DNA of 64,000 nt from an uncultured Elusimicrobia bacterium. Lineage in GTDB: Bacteria > Elusimicrobiota > Elusimicrobia > JACQPE01. Shown here one piece after another: positions 1 to 8,859 of this stretch (the first letter of the stretch is position 1; each line of letters opens with the position of its first letter). The stretch covers positions 5,018-69,017 of the forward strand of contig CAYHKQ010000001.1 in the NCBI GenBank assembly GCA_964357255.1, in the 5' to 3' direction. Position numbers and translations under genes: made by a program. A model generated the notes under the pieces. That model had not been told where the DNA came from and searched no databases. It worked only from the letters and a program-made list of their open reading frames with translations.

Positions 1-1844
1 ATTTTGGGGTCCTTGCCGAGATAAACGATACCCATAGCGCCCTTGCCGAGCTCCTTGATGATTTCATAGCGTCCCAGGGTCGGCTTTATGGAGGAGCCCT
101 CGACTACGACCGTGGCGTCTCTGCCTTGACCGATGGGTCCGCCCATAATCAATCCTTGCGCGGCTTTCTTGAGCGAGTCAATTTTTTGGGCGAGGTCTTT
201 ATAATTTTTGTCCTTCGTGGCGATGAATTCGTAAACCGCCACGGCCTTATTGAATTGGCGTTTTCTTTCAAAATCAAGACCCAGGTTGTAAAGCAATTCT
301 TTCATGCTTTCATCCACCGGGCATTTGCGAAATTTTTCAAAGGCTAAATCCAGCATGCCCTGCCCCTGGAAGGACAGGCCCAGCATCTTATTGGTTTCGA
401 TAGATTCCCCCTCAACTTGCTCCTTTTTCTTTTCCGTCACCAAAAACCGCTTGGTCACGACGAGGGTGTATCCGCACGCCAGCAGGAGGCAGGGGTAGGA
501 CATTTTAAGCCACCAGCCCTGAGCCGTGAAAAAGTAAATTCCCGCGGCTGAAAGAGCGGCGAGCATGACCGCGGAAACAATTGCGCCGGGCGTGGCTTTG
601 AGCTTCGGCAAAACAAAGCTGACGAAAAGTCCCATCAGCAAAATCAGGACGAGTTCGGCCGGCCCGCTCCACGAGGGGCGGGTGAGGAATCGTTTGCTCA
701 GAATGTTGTCAATGGTGTTGGCGACGATCTCGATTCCAGGAAGGTTGTGCGCCACCGGGGTGACGTATGAATTGCCCACTCCGATGGCCGTGGGCCCCAC
801 CAGCACGATCTTGTCCCGAAACGCGTCGGGCGTGACATTGCCCTGGATAACCTTATAAAAGGAATAATAAGGAAAGGCCTTCTCTCTCGCGAACGTGATC
901 GCGAAGTTTCCGGCCCCGTCTAAAGGCGCTTGGGAATTGCCGATTGAAATTCCATCGCCCGTTTTGTAGACCACGTCTTCATTGCCGAGCCCTAAATAAT
1001 GCTGGACCACCTTAAGAGAAAATGAGGGATAGGTTTTGTCCCCGTAAGCGATGGCGAGCGGTTCGCGGCGGACGGCGCCGTCAATATCCGGCTGGGTGTT
1101 GATATGGCCCACGCCCGCGGCCTTGGCGCTAAAGCGCTCCAGGGGTTCGGTGGCTTTAGAGGAGCTTAATAGCGCGTCGCCGTCTTGCGAGCCTAAATTA
1201 CTTTGGACCATGAGGGCTGACTTAGAAACGGCTTCCTGGAGTTCGGGCGCTTTGCCTTCCAGGCCGTCGGTCTGAAAGAATAAAGGAAGAATGACGCTAC
1301 CGGCCGAACTGATCGCTAACTCTAATTTTGCATCGTTATCCAAGGAGGCGTAGGCCTCGTCCATGGAGGATAAGAATTTTTTGTCCCGCTCGATTTGGTC
1401 TTGCCAGGACTTGGCGGCTATTTTGATATTGGCCAATTTTGGTTTTAGCTTGGCCAGTTCGGTTTCTTTGGCCGCGGTTCCTTCGCGGAATGTTTGACGA
1501 AGTTTTTCCAACTCGCCTAAGCCCTGATTTTGCTCAGGTTCCGAGAATAAAATGTTAAGCCCTATGGCCTTGGGTTTGGCCTCGGGGCTGGACAGATGTT
1601 TTAAGAGCCCGGCTATCCGCGATCGGGGCCAGGGCCATCGGCCGAGATTGGCCAGGCTTTCGTCGTCAATGGCGATGATGGCCACGGCCTTGGATGATTC
1701 CGAGGGTTGCCGGAGCTTGGCGCGGAAATCATAGAACTTGAGCTCAATGGATTCGAGGACGGAGCCGCCCTGGAGATGTCCCAGTAGAAAAAGAAAGGTC
1801 AGGACAACGCCATAGAGAATTTCAGACAGAAAAAATTTTTTCAT
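1..1844 (-). CDS. CHASE2-domain sensor fused to Ser/Thr protein kinase (partial; the kinase domain runs off the left edge)
   Basis: Manual minus-strand translation from ATG (complement of 1842-1844, preceded by a GGAGG SD) is stop-free to position 1. MKKFFLSEILYGVVLTFLFLL TM segment, then the CHASE2 hallmark VAIIAIDDESLANLGRWPWPR, more TM segments, then a kinase Gly-loop YEIIKELGKGAMGIVYLGKD at the edge. Absent from the ORF track only because there is no in-window stop. Confidence 0.75.
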   Translation of the reverse strand, partial: MKKFFLSEILYGVVLTFLFLLGHLQGGSVLESIELKFYDFRAKLRQPSESSKAVAIIAIDDESLANLGRWPWPRSRIAGLLKHLSSPEAKPKAIGLNILFSEPEQNQGLGELEKLRQTFREGTAAKETELAKLKPKLANIKIAAKSWQDQIERDKKFLSSMDEAYASLDNDAKLELAISSAGSVILPLFFQTDGLEGKAPELQEAVSKSALMVQSNLGSQDGDALLSSSKATEPLERFSAKAAGVGHINTQPDIDGAVRREPLAIAYGDKTYPSFSLKVVQHYLGLGNEDVVYKTGDGISIGNSQAPLDGAGNFAITFAREKAFPYYSFYKVIQGNVTPDAFRDKIVLVGPTAIGVGNSYVTPVAHNLPGIEIVANTIDNILSKRFLTRPSWSGPAELVLILLMGLFVSFVLPKLKATPGAIVSAVMLAALSAAGIYFFTAQGWWLKMSYPCLLLACGYTLVVTKRFLVTEKKKEQVEGESIETNKMLGLSFQGQGMLDLAFEKFRKCPVDESMKELLYNLGLDFERKRQFNKAVAVYEFIATKDKNYKDLAQKIDSLKKAAQGLIMGGPIGQGRDATVVVEGSSIKPTLGRYEIIKELGKGAMGIVYLGKDPK

Positions 1845-1996
1845 TCCCCCTCCTCCTAGGTTTTTACCTCCATTTTACCGACATGTCAATAGGCATGTAA
1901 AAAATTTCTTAACCGCTATTGAGCAGTGAGCGATTACACATTGCAAATTGGCCTATTGACATATAAAATTAATTTATAGTAAAAGTGGAGGTCCTC

Positions 1997-3778
1997 ATGA
2001 AAAGACATGTCTTAAGTTTAGCCGCAGTCATTGTCGCCGGGCTTGGCGTTTCAATGGCTGGCGCCGTGGCCCGAGTGCCGGACCAAATGCGCATCAGCGG
2101 GATTAAGGGCGAGGTGCAGATTTGTGATCGCTCGAATAATTGCAATCCGGCCCAGGAGGGCCAGGCTCTCAATCAGGGCGATATTATTAAGGTAGGCGCG
2201 GACAGCAAGGCGCGCCTCGATCATGGCGCTAAGGACCGGTTTGAGCTTCGGGAGAGAAGCCGTGTGATGGTGGACCAGTTGACTCCGCGTGGATCGAGGC
2301 TTGAGCTTTTTGTCGGAACTCTCAAGGCCAGGATTAAGAGCGGCTTTTTCCAGCGCCGCGACGTTTCCGTGGTGACCGCAGTGGGCGTTATGGCTGTGCG
2401 GGGCACTGAATTTCTTTGCAAAGCGGATGAGAACGGCAATGTGCAGACGGACGTGATGTATGGCCGCGTGGACGTCCTCGATAGCGACGGCGGTTACAAG
2501 GACAGTCTTATTCAGGGTGAATCCGGCAATGCCAAGGGCGACGCTCCCAAGGATGACTATAAAGCGGAAGGAAAATCAGGCGAGGATAAGGCCGGCGAGG
2601 GTGATAAAGAGGGTCAGGGGGAAGGCGCTCCTCCTCAAATGGGTGATTCTAAGGGCGGCAAAGGCGATGGGCCGCAAGGCAAGATGGAAAAGGGCGAAAT
2701 GTCAAACGAATCTTTCGCTGAAGGCTTTGGCGGCGTTGAAGGTTTTCAGGCTTACGGCAGAGCGAACGAGGAAAGCAATGATAAGGCCCAAGATTTTGCC
2801 GGAAATGAATCGGCCAAGGTCAGCGACATTGTCAGTTCGGTCCGCGAGGATGATTTGACCAGCGGCCGAGCCCTGATTGACCGGCATGGCAATTTGGTCC
2901 GGGTTGAACAGCGTTTACAGCGGCCCACCGGGGATACCTTGCAATTTGTTAATTTCGTCAAGCGCGATGAGTATGCCTTTAAGGGCTATTTTGCTCCGGA
3001 TAATTTAACCAGCGCCGCGCGCAAGGACTATATGAAGGCAACGGTTACTTTTAATAAGAGCCTACCGGAAAGCATAGCGGACTGGCCGGCATTTTTCTCG
3101 GAGAACAGCGATGTCCTTAAGGTTACGGGGATGAACGCTGAATTAGCCAATGGGATTGATGTCAACAATCAGGATTACATCAAGTTTAATACGGCTTACA
3201 ATTCCGCCAAGAATGAAGTCGGCGGAGCGCAGTGTCTTGGCAAACAGACCCTGGGAACCGATTGTTTTGAAGAAACCATTGTCGGCTTCGTAAAGAATAC
3301 AACGAAAAAGGGTGAATGGCGGGTGTCGGATTGCAATTCGTCCAATTGCGGGAGCACGACCGCGGAGATTAAGAGTCATGGCGGCGACGTTGACGACGGT
3401 GGCGATGGCTCAGGCAATCTGTGGGGCAAGGCGGAGGCTCCTATCAACGTTGAAAATGAAATTATTGATACGGAGAATTTGGTGGTTGAGGCTAACGCGG
3501 CCACGGCGGAAATGTGGCTGTTGACGGAAAGCTATGCCATTGACAATAGCGGCAGTATTCTGAATATCAATAATATTTTAAACTCTAATATTACCGACCC
3601 ATTTACCTTTATGAAATCGGTAGGAATTGAGACTGTTATGACTCTCAGGACTGATAAATCCGCCAATGCCGGCCAAACGATTTTTCAAAACAGAGGGAAC
3701 ATTGATTTGGTTATAATTCCTGATCTGATGGTTGACATCGTTCAGAAATACGCCGGGCAGTTGGCGGGAAGTCTATAA
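1997..3778 (+). CDS. FecR-domain secreted protein (sigma-regulator/FecR-like fold) with a long Gly/Lys/Asp-rich linker and C-terminal domain
   Basis: ATG at 1997 with GGAGGT 7 nt upstream. Signal peptide; FecR-type segment QGDIIKVGADSKARLDHGAKDRFELRERSRV...AVRGTEFL. Divergent from the CHASE2 kinase, a commonly seen pairing. Confidence 0.6.
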   Translation: MKRHVLSLAAVIVAGLGVSMAGAVARVPDQMRISGIKGEVQICDRSNNCNPAQEGQALNQGDIIKVGADSKARLDHGAKDRFELRERSRVMVDQLTPRGSRLELFVGTLKARIKSGFFQRRDVSVVTAVGVMAVRGTEFLCKADENGNVQTDVMYGRVDVLDSDGGYKDSLIQGESGNAKGDAPKDDYKAEGKSGEDKAGEGDKEGQGEGAPPQMGDSKGGKGDGPQGKMEKGEMSNESFAEGFGGVEGFQAYGRANEESNDKAQDFAGNESAKVSDIVSSVREDDLTSGRALIDRHGNLVRVEQRLQRPTGDTLQFVNFVKRDEYAFKGYFAPDNLTSAARKDYMKATVTFNKSLPESIADWPAFFSENSDVLKVTGMNAELANGIDVNNQDYIKFNTAYNSAKNEVGGAQCLGKQTLGTDCFEETIVGFVKNTTKKGEWRVSDCNSSNCGSTTAEIKSHGGDVDDGGDGSGNLWGKAEAPINVENEIIDTENLVVEANAATAEMWLLTESYAIDNSGSILNINNILNSNITDPFTFMKSVGIETVMTLRTDKSANAGQTIFQNRGNIDLVIIPDLMVDIVQKYAGQLAGSL

Positions 3779-3802
3779 AGCGATTGTGAAAGGATTTAGG
3801 TT

Positions 3803-4531
3803 TTGATTCTAAAGCGGTTTGCCCCCCTTCTTGCGGTTGCGGCATTGTTTGCCCTGCCCGCTCAGGCCAAGGTTGATTTTGCCTCAAAGGGCAAATCCTT
3901 GGCCCTCGAGATTGCGACTAATCCCGCGGGTTTTCTTTATGATCTTCATCAAATGAGCGAATCAGCCGCGCCCACGCGCGTAGGACGCAGGCTTTCTTTT
4001 GATTTTCAAATGATACCGACCCTCTTGCCTTTTACAATCGCCAACATCGGCGGTCGGTTAAATCTTTTGTCGGAACATCCCGGGCTTCCGCAGATCGAGG
4101 TTTTTGGCGGCATTTCCCGGCTTATGGCCCTGAGCTATCTCGACACTACCGAGGTCGAAGGCTCGATCAATGGCAATCATTACGGCGCGAGCGTGGTTTG
4201 GTCCGCGCATTCCAAGGCTCGCGTGCAGCTGGGCTACGAGGTGAGCACGCTCAAGGGCAAGGTGGAGTTCAAGAAAGAGCCCGTGGATGTGTTCGGAACG
4301 AAGCTCACTGAAATTACGGTGGGCGCTCAAGAGCGTTTTGTTTTGGTCGGCGCCGAGCTTTTGCGCGGCAACCGCCGTTATTTGTTCACTCAGATGGGAT
4401 ACGGCCTTCAAACCTCAAAGATTTTTTCCAGGGTTCTTTTCGTAGGCAGGGTGTTCCAGTGGGGATTTACGGTATTCCCGGAGAGCGCCCTGGTCATTTA
4501 CCCCAACTGGGGCTTTAGGATTGGATTCTGA
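3803..4531 (+). CDS. Predicted outer-membrane beta-barrel protein
   Basis: Signal peptide MILKRFAPLLAVAALFALPAQA, alternating amphipathic strands, C-terminal ...WGFRIGF ending in Phe (OMP signature). Stop overlaps the next start (ATGA-type coupling). Confidence 0.5.
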   Translation: MILKRFAPLLAVAALFALPAQAKVDFASKGKSLALEIATNPAGFLYDLHQMSESAAPTRVGRRLSFDFQMIPTLLPFTIANIGGRLNLLSEHPGLPQIEVFGGISRLMALSYLDTTEVEGSINGNHYGASVVWSAHSKARVQLGYEVSTLKGKVEFKKEPVDVFGTKLTEITVGAQERFVLVGAELLRGNRRYLFTQMGYGLQTSKIFSRVLFVGRVFQWGFTVFPESALVIYPNWGFRIGF

Positions 4532-5775
4532 TGGAAAAACAGCGGTTAAGCGGTTTAGCGGTTAAGCGGTTTAGTGTTTTAAGGAGCATCTTTTATTTAC
4601 TTACCTGCTTAAGCGCTCAACTGCTCAATCGCTATCCCCTGTCGGCGCAAGAGAAAATTTTTATGCCTTATTACCGGTTTAATTTTGGAGAGGGCGTAGC
4701 GCTTCCTTCCAAAGGCGACTTTTTCGCGAGCCACACGGTCGGCTCTCAGGTGGGCGGGCTCTTAAATGCCACAGACTGGCTTCATTTCTTTGGGTTATAT
4801 GATTTGACGTATCAGGGGCCGGGTTTGATTCGGTCCGAGGGCGAACTTTTTACTCAGCGTTCCATGCGGCACTCCTTTTTAATCGAGCCCTCTTTTACTA
4901 TCGCCAATGCAGGCAAATTGAGGCTTAAAGTTTTTACCATTAAGGAATTCAGGCGAAGCGGCACTAATGAAACTTGGGGCAAGGGACTTTATGATTACGC
5001 GGCCCAGGGCGGTTCCGTTGGTTTTGAGCGCGAATTTTTTGGCTTTCGTTTTTTCCCGGCCATCCGGATCATGCAGATGAAATTTCCCAATTACACTGAT
5101 CTTTTGCGGGAATTCCAAGAATCAGGCTTGAGCGCCGAACTTGCGGGCGGCTTAATGGATCAGAATGTGATGGCTTATTCACTTAATATTTCGAGAAAGC
5201 CGTTCAATGTGGGAGTGAGCTTGAGTTCACAAAAATATAAGAAAGAAAAAGTTGTCGGCCAGGGTGGCGTTTATACCAGCGACGCGCAGAAGGACAGCGT
5301 GACCGAGATCACGGCTGATTTTGATGTGAGCCTGTGGCGTTTCAGCCTGGTGCCGGAGGGCGCCTATCGGATGAAGCGTTCGAATCAGAATTATTTGCGT
5401 TTCGCTTATTTCGGAGACCCAAACCCGACATTTGTCCCCAAAAACTATGATTACAATGAGATGAGCGTCGGGGGTAAACTTTATTTGAAAATGACGGAAA
5501 AGAAAGCGATTTTTGGCTCGATAGATTTAAATAACAGGGTCTATCCTAACCGCCCCCCTCGCAATGCCAGCGGCGTTTATGCCGCCGCAGGCGAGATGCA
5601 GAACACAACCTGGGGAGCCTGGGGCGGAGGAATTCAGTGGAAAGTGTCTGATTACTCCACCTGGAATTTGGCCTATCATATGGTTTACAGCAAATCCAAC
5701 ATGAAGTACGATCGTTTTATCCCTTACAACTACACAGGCAACGTCGTCGGCCTGTACCTGAGTGTCTCCCCGTAA
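4531..5775 (+). CDS. Predicted outer-membrane protein with the conserved RLSGLAVKR...CLSAQ...LNR leader (paralog family)
   Basis: 414 aa, beta-rich, Tyr/Gly-rich. N-terminus MEKQRLSGLAVKRFSVLRSIFYLLTCLSAQLLNR is shared with the ORFs at 25510-26613 and 26615-27622. Confidence 0.5.
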   Translation: MEKQRLSGLAVKRFSVLRSIFYLLTCLSAQLLNRYPLSAQEKIFMPYYRFNFGEGVALPSKGDFFASHTVGSQVGGLLNATDWLHFFGLYDLTYQGPGLIRSEGELFTQRSMRHSFLIEPSFTIANAGKLRLKVFTIKEFRRSGTNETWGKGLYDYAAQGGSVGFEREFFGFRFFPAIRIMQMKFPNYTDLLREFQESGLSAELAGGLMDQNVMAYSLNISRKPFNVGVSLSSQKYKKEKVVGQGGVYTSDAQKDSVTEITADFDVSLWRFSLVPEGAYRMKRSNQNYLRFAYFGDPNPTFVPKNYDYNEMSVGGKLYLKMTEKKAIFGSIDLNNRVYPNRPPRNASGVYAAAGEMQNTTWGAWGGGIQWKVSDYSTWNLAYHMVYSKSNMKYDRFIPYNYTGNVVGLYLSVSP

Positions 5776-5817
5776 TCAACGCGCTCGTTTATTCTAATCC
5801 AACCGTCCCGGACGCTA

Positions 5818-7218
5818 TTACTCAAACGCCAGGGTTACGATGGCTTGGACGCCGTTGATGGGACGGGGTGTTTCCCCTGTAATTTCATAAGCTTTGCCCG
5901 GCGTGAAACGATAGAGGCCGACAGTGGCCTTGAACCGTTCGGCAAAATTTGTGGAAATGTCAAACGACCATTCACCGCCGAGTTCTTTTGAAATTCCTCC
6001 GGACCCCTCGGTGGCGCGCAATTCATGGCGAGACACGCCGAGGCGCAACGGGACATTGAGTAGATAATAAGGCTTGGATTTGACGCCAAAACCGAAGGTT
6101 GTCACGCCGGAGAGGCCTGCTGGAAGGCCGTTCCAGGTTCCGGTGGAGGCTAACGCGTCAAAGGTCGTGGCGCCCAAGGCTTTCCCCCATCCGGTCCGGC
6201 GCGCGCCATCAAAGCGCGTGGCAAGCGGCGCGAAATAAGCCTCGTCAACCTCCGTGTTTTTTTTATCGCCGCTACCCAAGGCATAGAGAAGATTCCACTC
6301 CAAAGGTCCCAGGAAATCCATTTTAGGCAACCTCCCCCGCCACAATCCTTCAAAGACGTACGCCACAGTTCTGGATTTGACTTTTTGGACAGGATCGGTC
6401 AAGCCGGAAAAATAACGCCCCTGGGACAAGACGAATTCTGAATGGAAGGCGAAATTGGCCTTCTCTTGATCATAATGGAGGTTGAAGGAGTTTCGGGTTG
6501 CCTTGCCTGAAACCGGCCCGCCTTCTAAGACGCGGGGCGTTTTGTCGGCCTCAGTGAGCATTGCGAGCGTCCATCGGCCCGTGCGTTCAAAGCCGACAGC
6601 GAGCCAGTTGAATATAATTCTGTCCGATCCAAAGCCGCTGGTTTCGGTGTTGCCGTTCATATATTCAAGGGATAGCGGCCCCAAGCCGCTGATTTTGATT
6701 TGAAAGCCGAAAACCCCGATGCCGTTATCGTCCAAAAGAAGGCTGTCATTCCTGCCTATGGGAATGGTGCCGGCCTTAAAGAACAACGGATGACTGCCAA
6801 GGGTTCCTTCATGAGCCAAATAGGCTTGGGAGACAAAGACCCCGGGGCCGGGCTTGGGATAGCGGGTTGAGGTGTTAGCCAGGGGAGGCGGGAGCTCTTT
6901 TACTCCGGCCAGAGAAATATGCTCCATGCGAAAGTTGAAGATCCAGGGGTCTTCCTTGATTTTGATGTTTACGCTTGCCCGCTGGGCGAAGAAGGAGTAA
7001 TCGGCGCGGCGCGGAGAGGTCGAGATTTCGCTAAGCGCGTAATACGCCGGCTGGGCTGTGACAGAGAGGTCTATCATAGAGATCGCGTTTTCCGCCGCTT
7101 GCGGCAACTGGGCGACTTGAGCCTTAAGCTGGGAGGTCAATAAGGTCAATAAGGTCAATAAGGTGAGCGATCTTTTGTCATTGCGAGCGAAGAGAAACAA
7201 TCTCATAGAGGAATTCAT
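5818..7218 (-). CDS. Predicted outer-membrane porin-like protein (signal peptide, beta-barrel character)
   Basis: 466 aa. Leader contains LTLLTLLTLLT encoded by a tandem 9-bp DNA repeat. Beta-strand-rich body. No recognisable enzyme motifs. Confidence 0.45.
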   Translation of the reverse strand: MNSSMRLFLFARNDKRSLTLLTLLTLLTSQLKAQVAQLPQAAENAISMIDLSVTAQPAYYALSEISTSPRRADYSFFAQRASVNIKIKEDPWIFNFRMEHISLAGVKELPPPLANTSTRYPKPGPGVFVSQAYLAHEGTLGSHPLFFKAGTIPIGRNDSLLLDDNGIGVFGFQIKISGLGPLSLEYMNGNTETSGFGSDRIIFNWLAVGFERTGRWTLAMLTEADKTPRVLEGGPVSGKATRNSFNLHYDQEKANFAFHSEFVLSQGRYFSGLTDPVQKVKSRTVAYVFEGLWRGRLPKMDFLGPLEWNLLYALGSGDKKNTEVDEAYFAPLATRFDGARRTGWGKALGATTFDALASTGTWNGLPAGLSGVTTFGFGVKSKPYYLLNVPLRLGVSRHELRATEGSGGISKELGGEWSFDISTNFAERFKATVGLYRFTPGKAYEITGETPRPINGVQAIVTLAFE

Positions 7219-7254
7219 TTTATGCTATTGCGTCACGGAAAACAAAAATTTCCG

Positions 7255-7299
7255 CTCAAAAAAACGCTGCCCTCCAGGGTTTTCGCACCGGGAGGGCAG
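7255..7299 (-). terminator. Rho-independent terminator candidate downstream of the YfgM-like gene
   Basis: On the minus strand, an 11-12-bp stem (ctgccctccagg / ccgggagggcag, one mismatch) with a 9-nt loop, immediately followed by a T7 run (A-run 7258-7264 on +). Confidence 0.45.
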
Positions 7300-7484
7300 G
7301 CCATGAGTAGGGATCTTGTGGCGTAAATACGCCTACCTTCGCTTAATTGACGTTTAATTGTTGATATTACTTAAAGGTTTGTCAACCCCCCTTGATCCAG
7401 ATTTTTTGGTTAACAGGGTAGAGTTCAAGTGTTATTAACTTCCATATTTTATTAAGTAGAGCTATTTTGAAGGAAGGCCTGCGT

Positions 7485-8156
7485 TCAGGGCGCCAGTTGG
7501 CTTGAAAAAACTTTTAGCTTCGCTTCGGCGTGTCTGGACCAAATAGATTCAGGATAAAGAACTCGGACTCGTTCCAGGAATTCCTTGGATTTAGATTGGT
7601 CGCCCTTGGCTTCGTAAAGTCTGGCCAAGCTTTCGTAGGCCTGGGGAAGCGCAAAATGATCGGCGTGTGCGGAGGTGAAATTTTGATAGGTCTCAACGGC
7701 TTTGTCTAAGGCATTGGTAGCTTCGTAGGCCTTCGCCAGGCCGATTGTAGCCATAGGAATGAGGGGCCTGACCCTGTTTCGCTCAATAATGGCTTTGTAT
7801 TTTTCAATTGAGCCGGCCCAATTTGCTTCGCGAGCCTGGAGCGTCGCGTCCAATAGAAGGGTGAAATCCAACGCTTTCGAGCGAGCGTAGCGCGATTCGA
7901 TCTCATTGATAATTTGATGAGCATCCTTGGTTTGACCCTGGAAGGCCAGCATTTGCGCCCGATAAAGCAGATACCAGCTCTGGCGTTCCATATCTCTTGA
8001 CTGAATTACAAAAGCCGTTCCTACGATACCCAAGAGAAGGGCAATGAAAGCTACTGTCAGCGTTGCGCCCTTATTTTTTTTAACCCATTCTATCCATGAG
8101 CCTAAGTTTATGTTCATATTAAAAACCTTCCATCTTTGGCGCTCCATCGCTTCCAT
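7485..8156 (-). CDS. TPR-like membrane-anchored protein (YfgM-like fold: N-terminal TM plus TPR)
   Basis: N-terminal TM segment ATLTVAFIALLLGIVGTAFVI followed by helical TPR-like repeats (AKAYEATNALDKAVETYQNF...LARLYEAKGD). Confidence 0.4.
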   Translation of the reverse strand: MEAMERQRWKVFNMNINLGSWIEWVKKNKGATLTVAFIALLLGIVGTAFVIQSRDMERQSWYLLYRAQMLAFQGQTKDAHQIINEIESRYARSKALDFTLLLDATLQAREANWAGSIEKYKAIIERNRVRPLIPMATIGLAKAYEATNALDKAVETYQNFTSAHADHFALPQAYESLARLYEAKGDQSKSKEFLERVRVLYPESIWSRHAEAKLKVFSSQLAP

Positions 8157-8173
8157 CCCCCCGCTTTCATTTT

Positions 8174-8245
8174 TGCCCCCGGGCGGAATCGAACCACCAT
8201 CTTCTCCTTAGGACGGAGTAACTCTATCCATTGAGCTACGGGGGC
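8174..8245 (-). tRNA. tRNA-Arg (anticodon CCT)
   Basis: Reverse complement folds as a cloverleaf: acceptor GCCCCCG/CGGGGGC, D-arm GCTC-AATGGAT-AGAG, anticodon stem ACTCC/GGAGA with loop GTCCTAA (CCT), T-arm GGTGG-TTCGATT-CCGCC, discriminator A, no encoded CCA. Confidence 0.8.
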
Positions 8246-8298
8246 GCTTTTGAAAGCGAGAGATCGTGGGAGGGATATATCTGCAGACAAGGGCAATC

Positions 8299-8859
8299 TC
8301 AAAATTGAATCAAAGAATAGAGAGGATACCGGCTGATTTTTTGACGGCCGCCAAGAGCGGCGAGTTCAATAAGAAAGGCTATGCCGATAATTTCCCCCCC
8401 CGCCTTTTCGACAAGTTGAGCCGTGGCTAGGGCTGTGCCGCCGGTGGCCAGGACATCGTCTATAATTAGCGTTTTTTTGTTTCCGGAAAAGGCATCCGCA
8501 TGAATTTCGAGAGCGTCCTGCCCGTATTCAAGCTCATAGGTGACCGAGAGGGTTTTGGCCGGGAGCTTTTTTGGTTTTCGGACCGGAACAAAGCCCGCGC
8601 CGAGGTTGTGGGCCGCGGGCGCCGCCAGGATGAATCCTCGCGCCTCAATGCCTACGACGTAATCAGGCGGCTTTTGGGAATATGGGCCGGCCAATAATTC
8701 AATAGTTTTCCTAAACAGTCCGGGATTTCCAAGAAGCGGCGTAATGTCCCGGAATAAAATTCCAGGCTTTGGGAAATCAGGGATATTGCGGATAGAGGCC
8801 CCAATGGCCTCTATGTCATCTTGAGTTTTTTGCCTAGAGTCAAGTTTTGTTTGGACCAT
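8299..8859 (-). CDS. apt: Adenine phosphoribosyltransferase
   Basis: DFPKPGILFRDITPLL, GIEARGFILAAPAAHNLGAGFVPVRKPKKLP, and the PRPP-binding LIIDDVLATGGTALA. Annotated start overlaps the 3' end of the sigma-factor gene by about 49 nt. Confidence 0.85.
   Translation of the reverse strand: MVQTKLDSRQKTQDDIEAIGASIRNIPDFPKPGILFRDITPLLGNPGLFRKTIELLAGPYSQKPPDYVVGIEARGFILAAPAAHNLGAGFVPVRKPKKLPAKTLSVTYELEYGQDALEIHADAFSGNKKTLIIDDVLATGGTALATAQLVEKAGGEIIGIAFLIELAALGGRQKISRYPLYSLIQF

Noticed and set aside
1-1850. Apparent 1.85-kb ORF-free region in the six-frame track
   Set aside because: This is an artefact of the ORF caller. Manual translation of the minus strand shows one continuous stop-free frame (the CHASE2 kinase) that simply lacks an in-window stop.
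8114-8302. 62-aa ORF between the YfgM-like gene and apt
   Set aside because: It is entirely overlapped by the tRNA-Arg(CCT) gene on the same strand region, with no coding signal.
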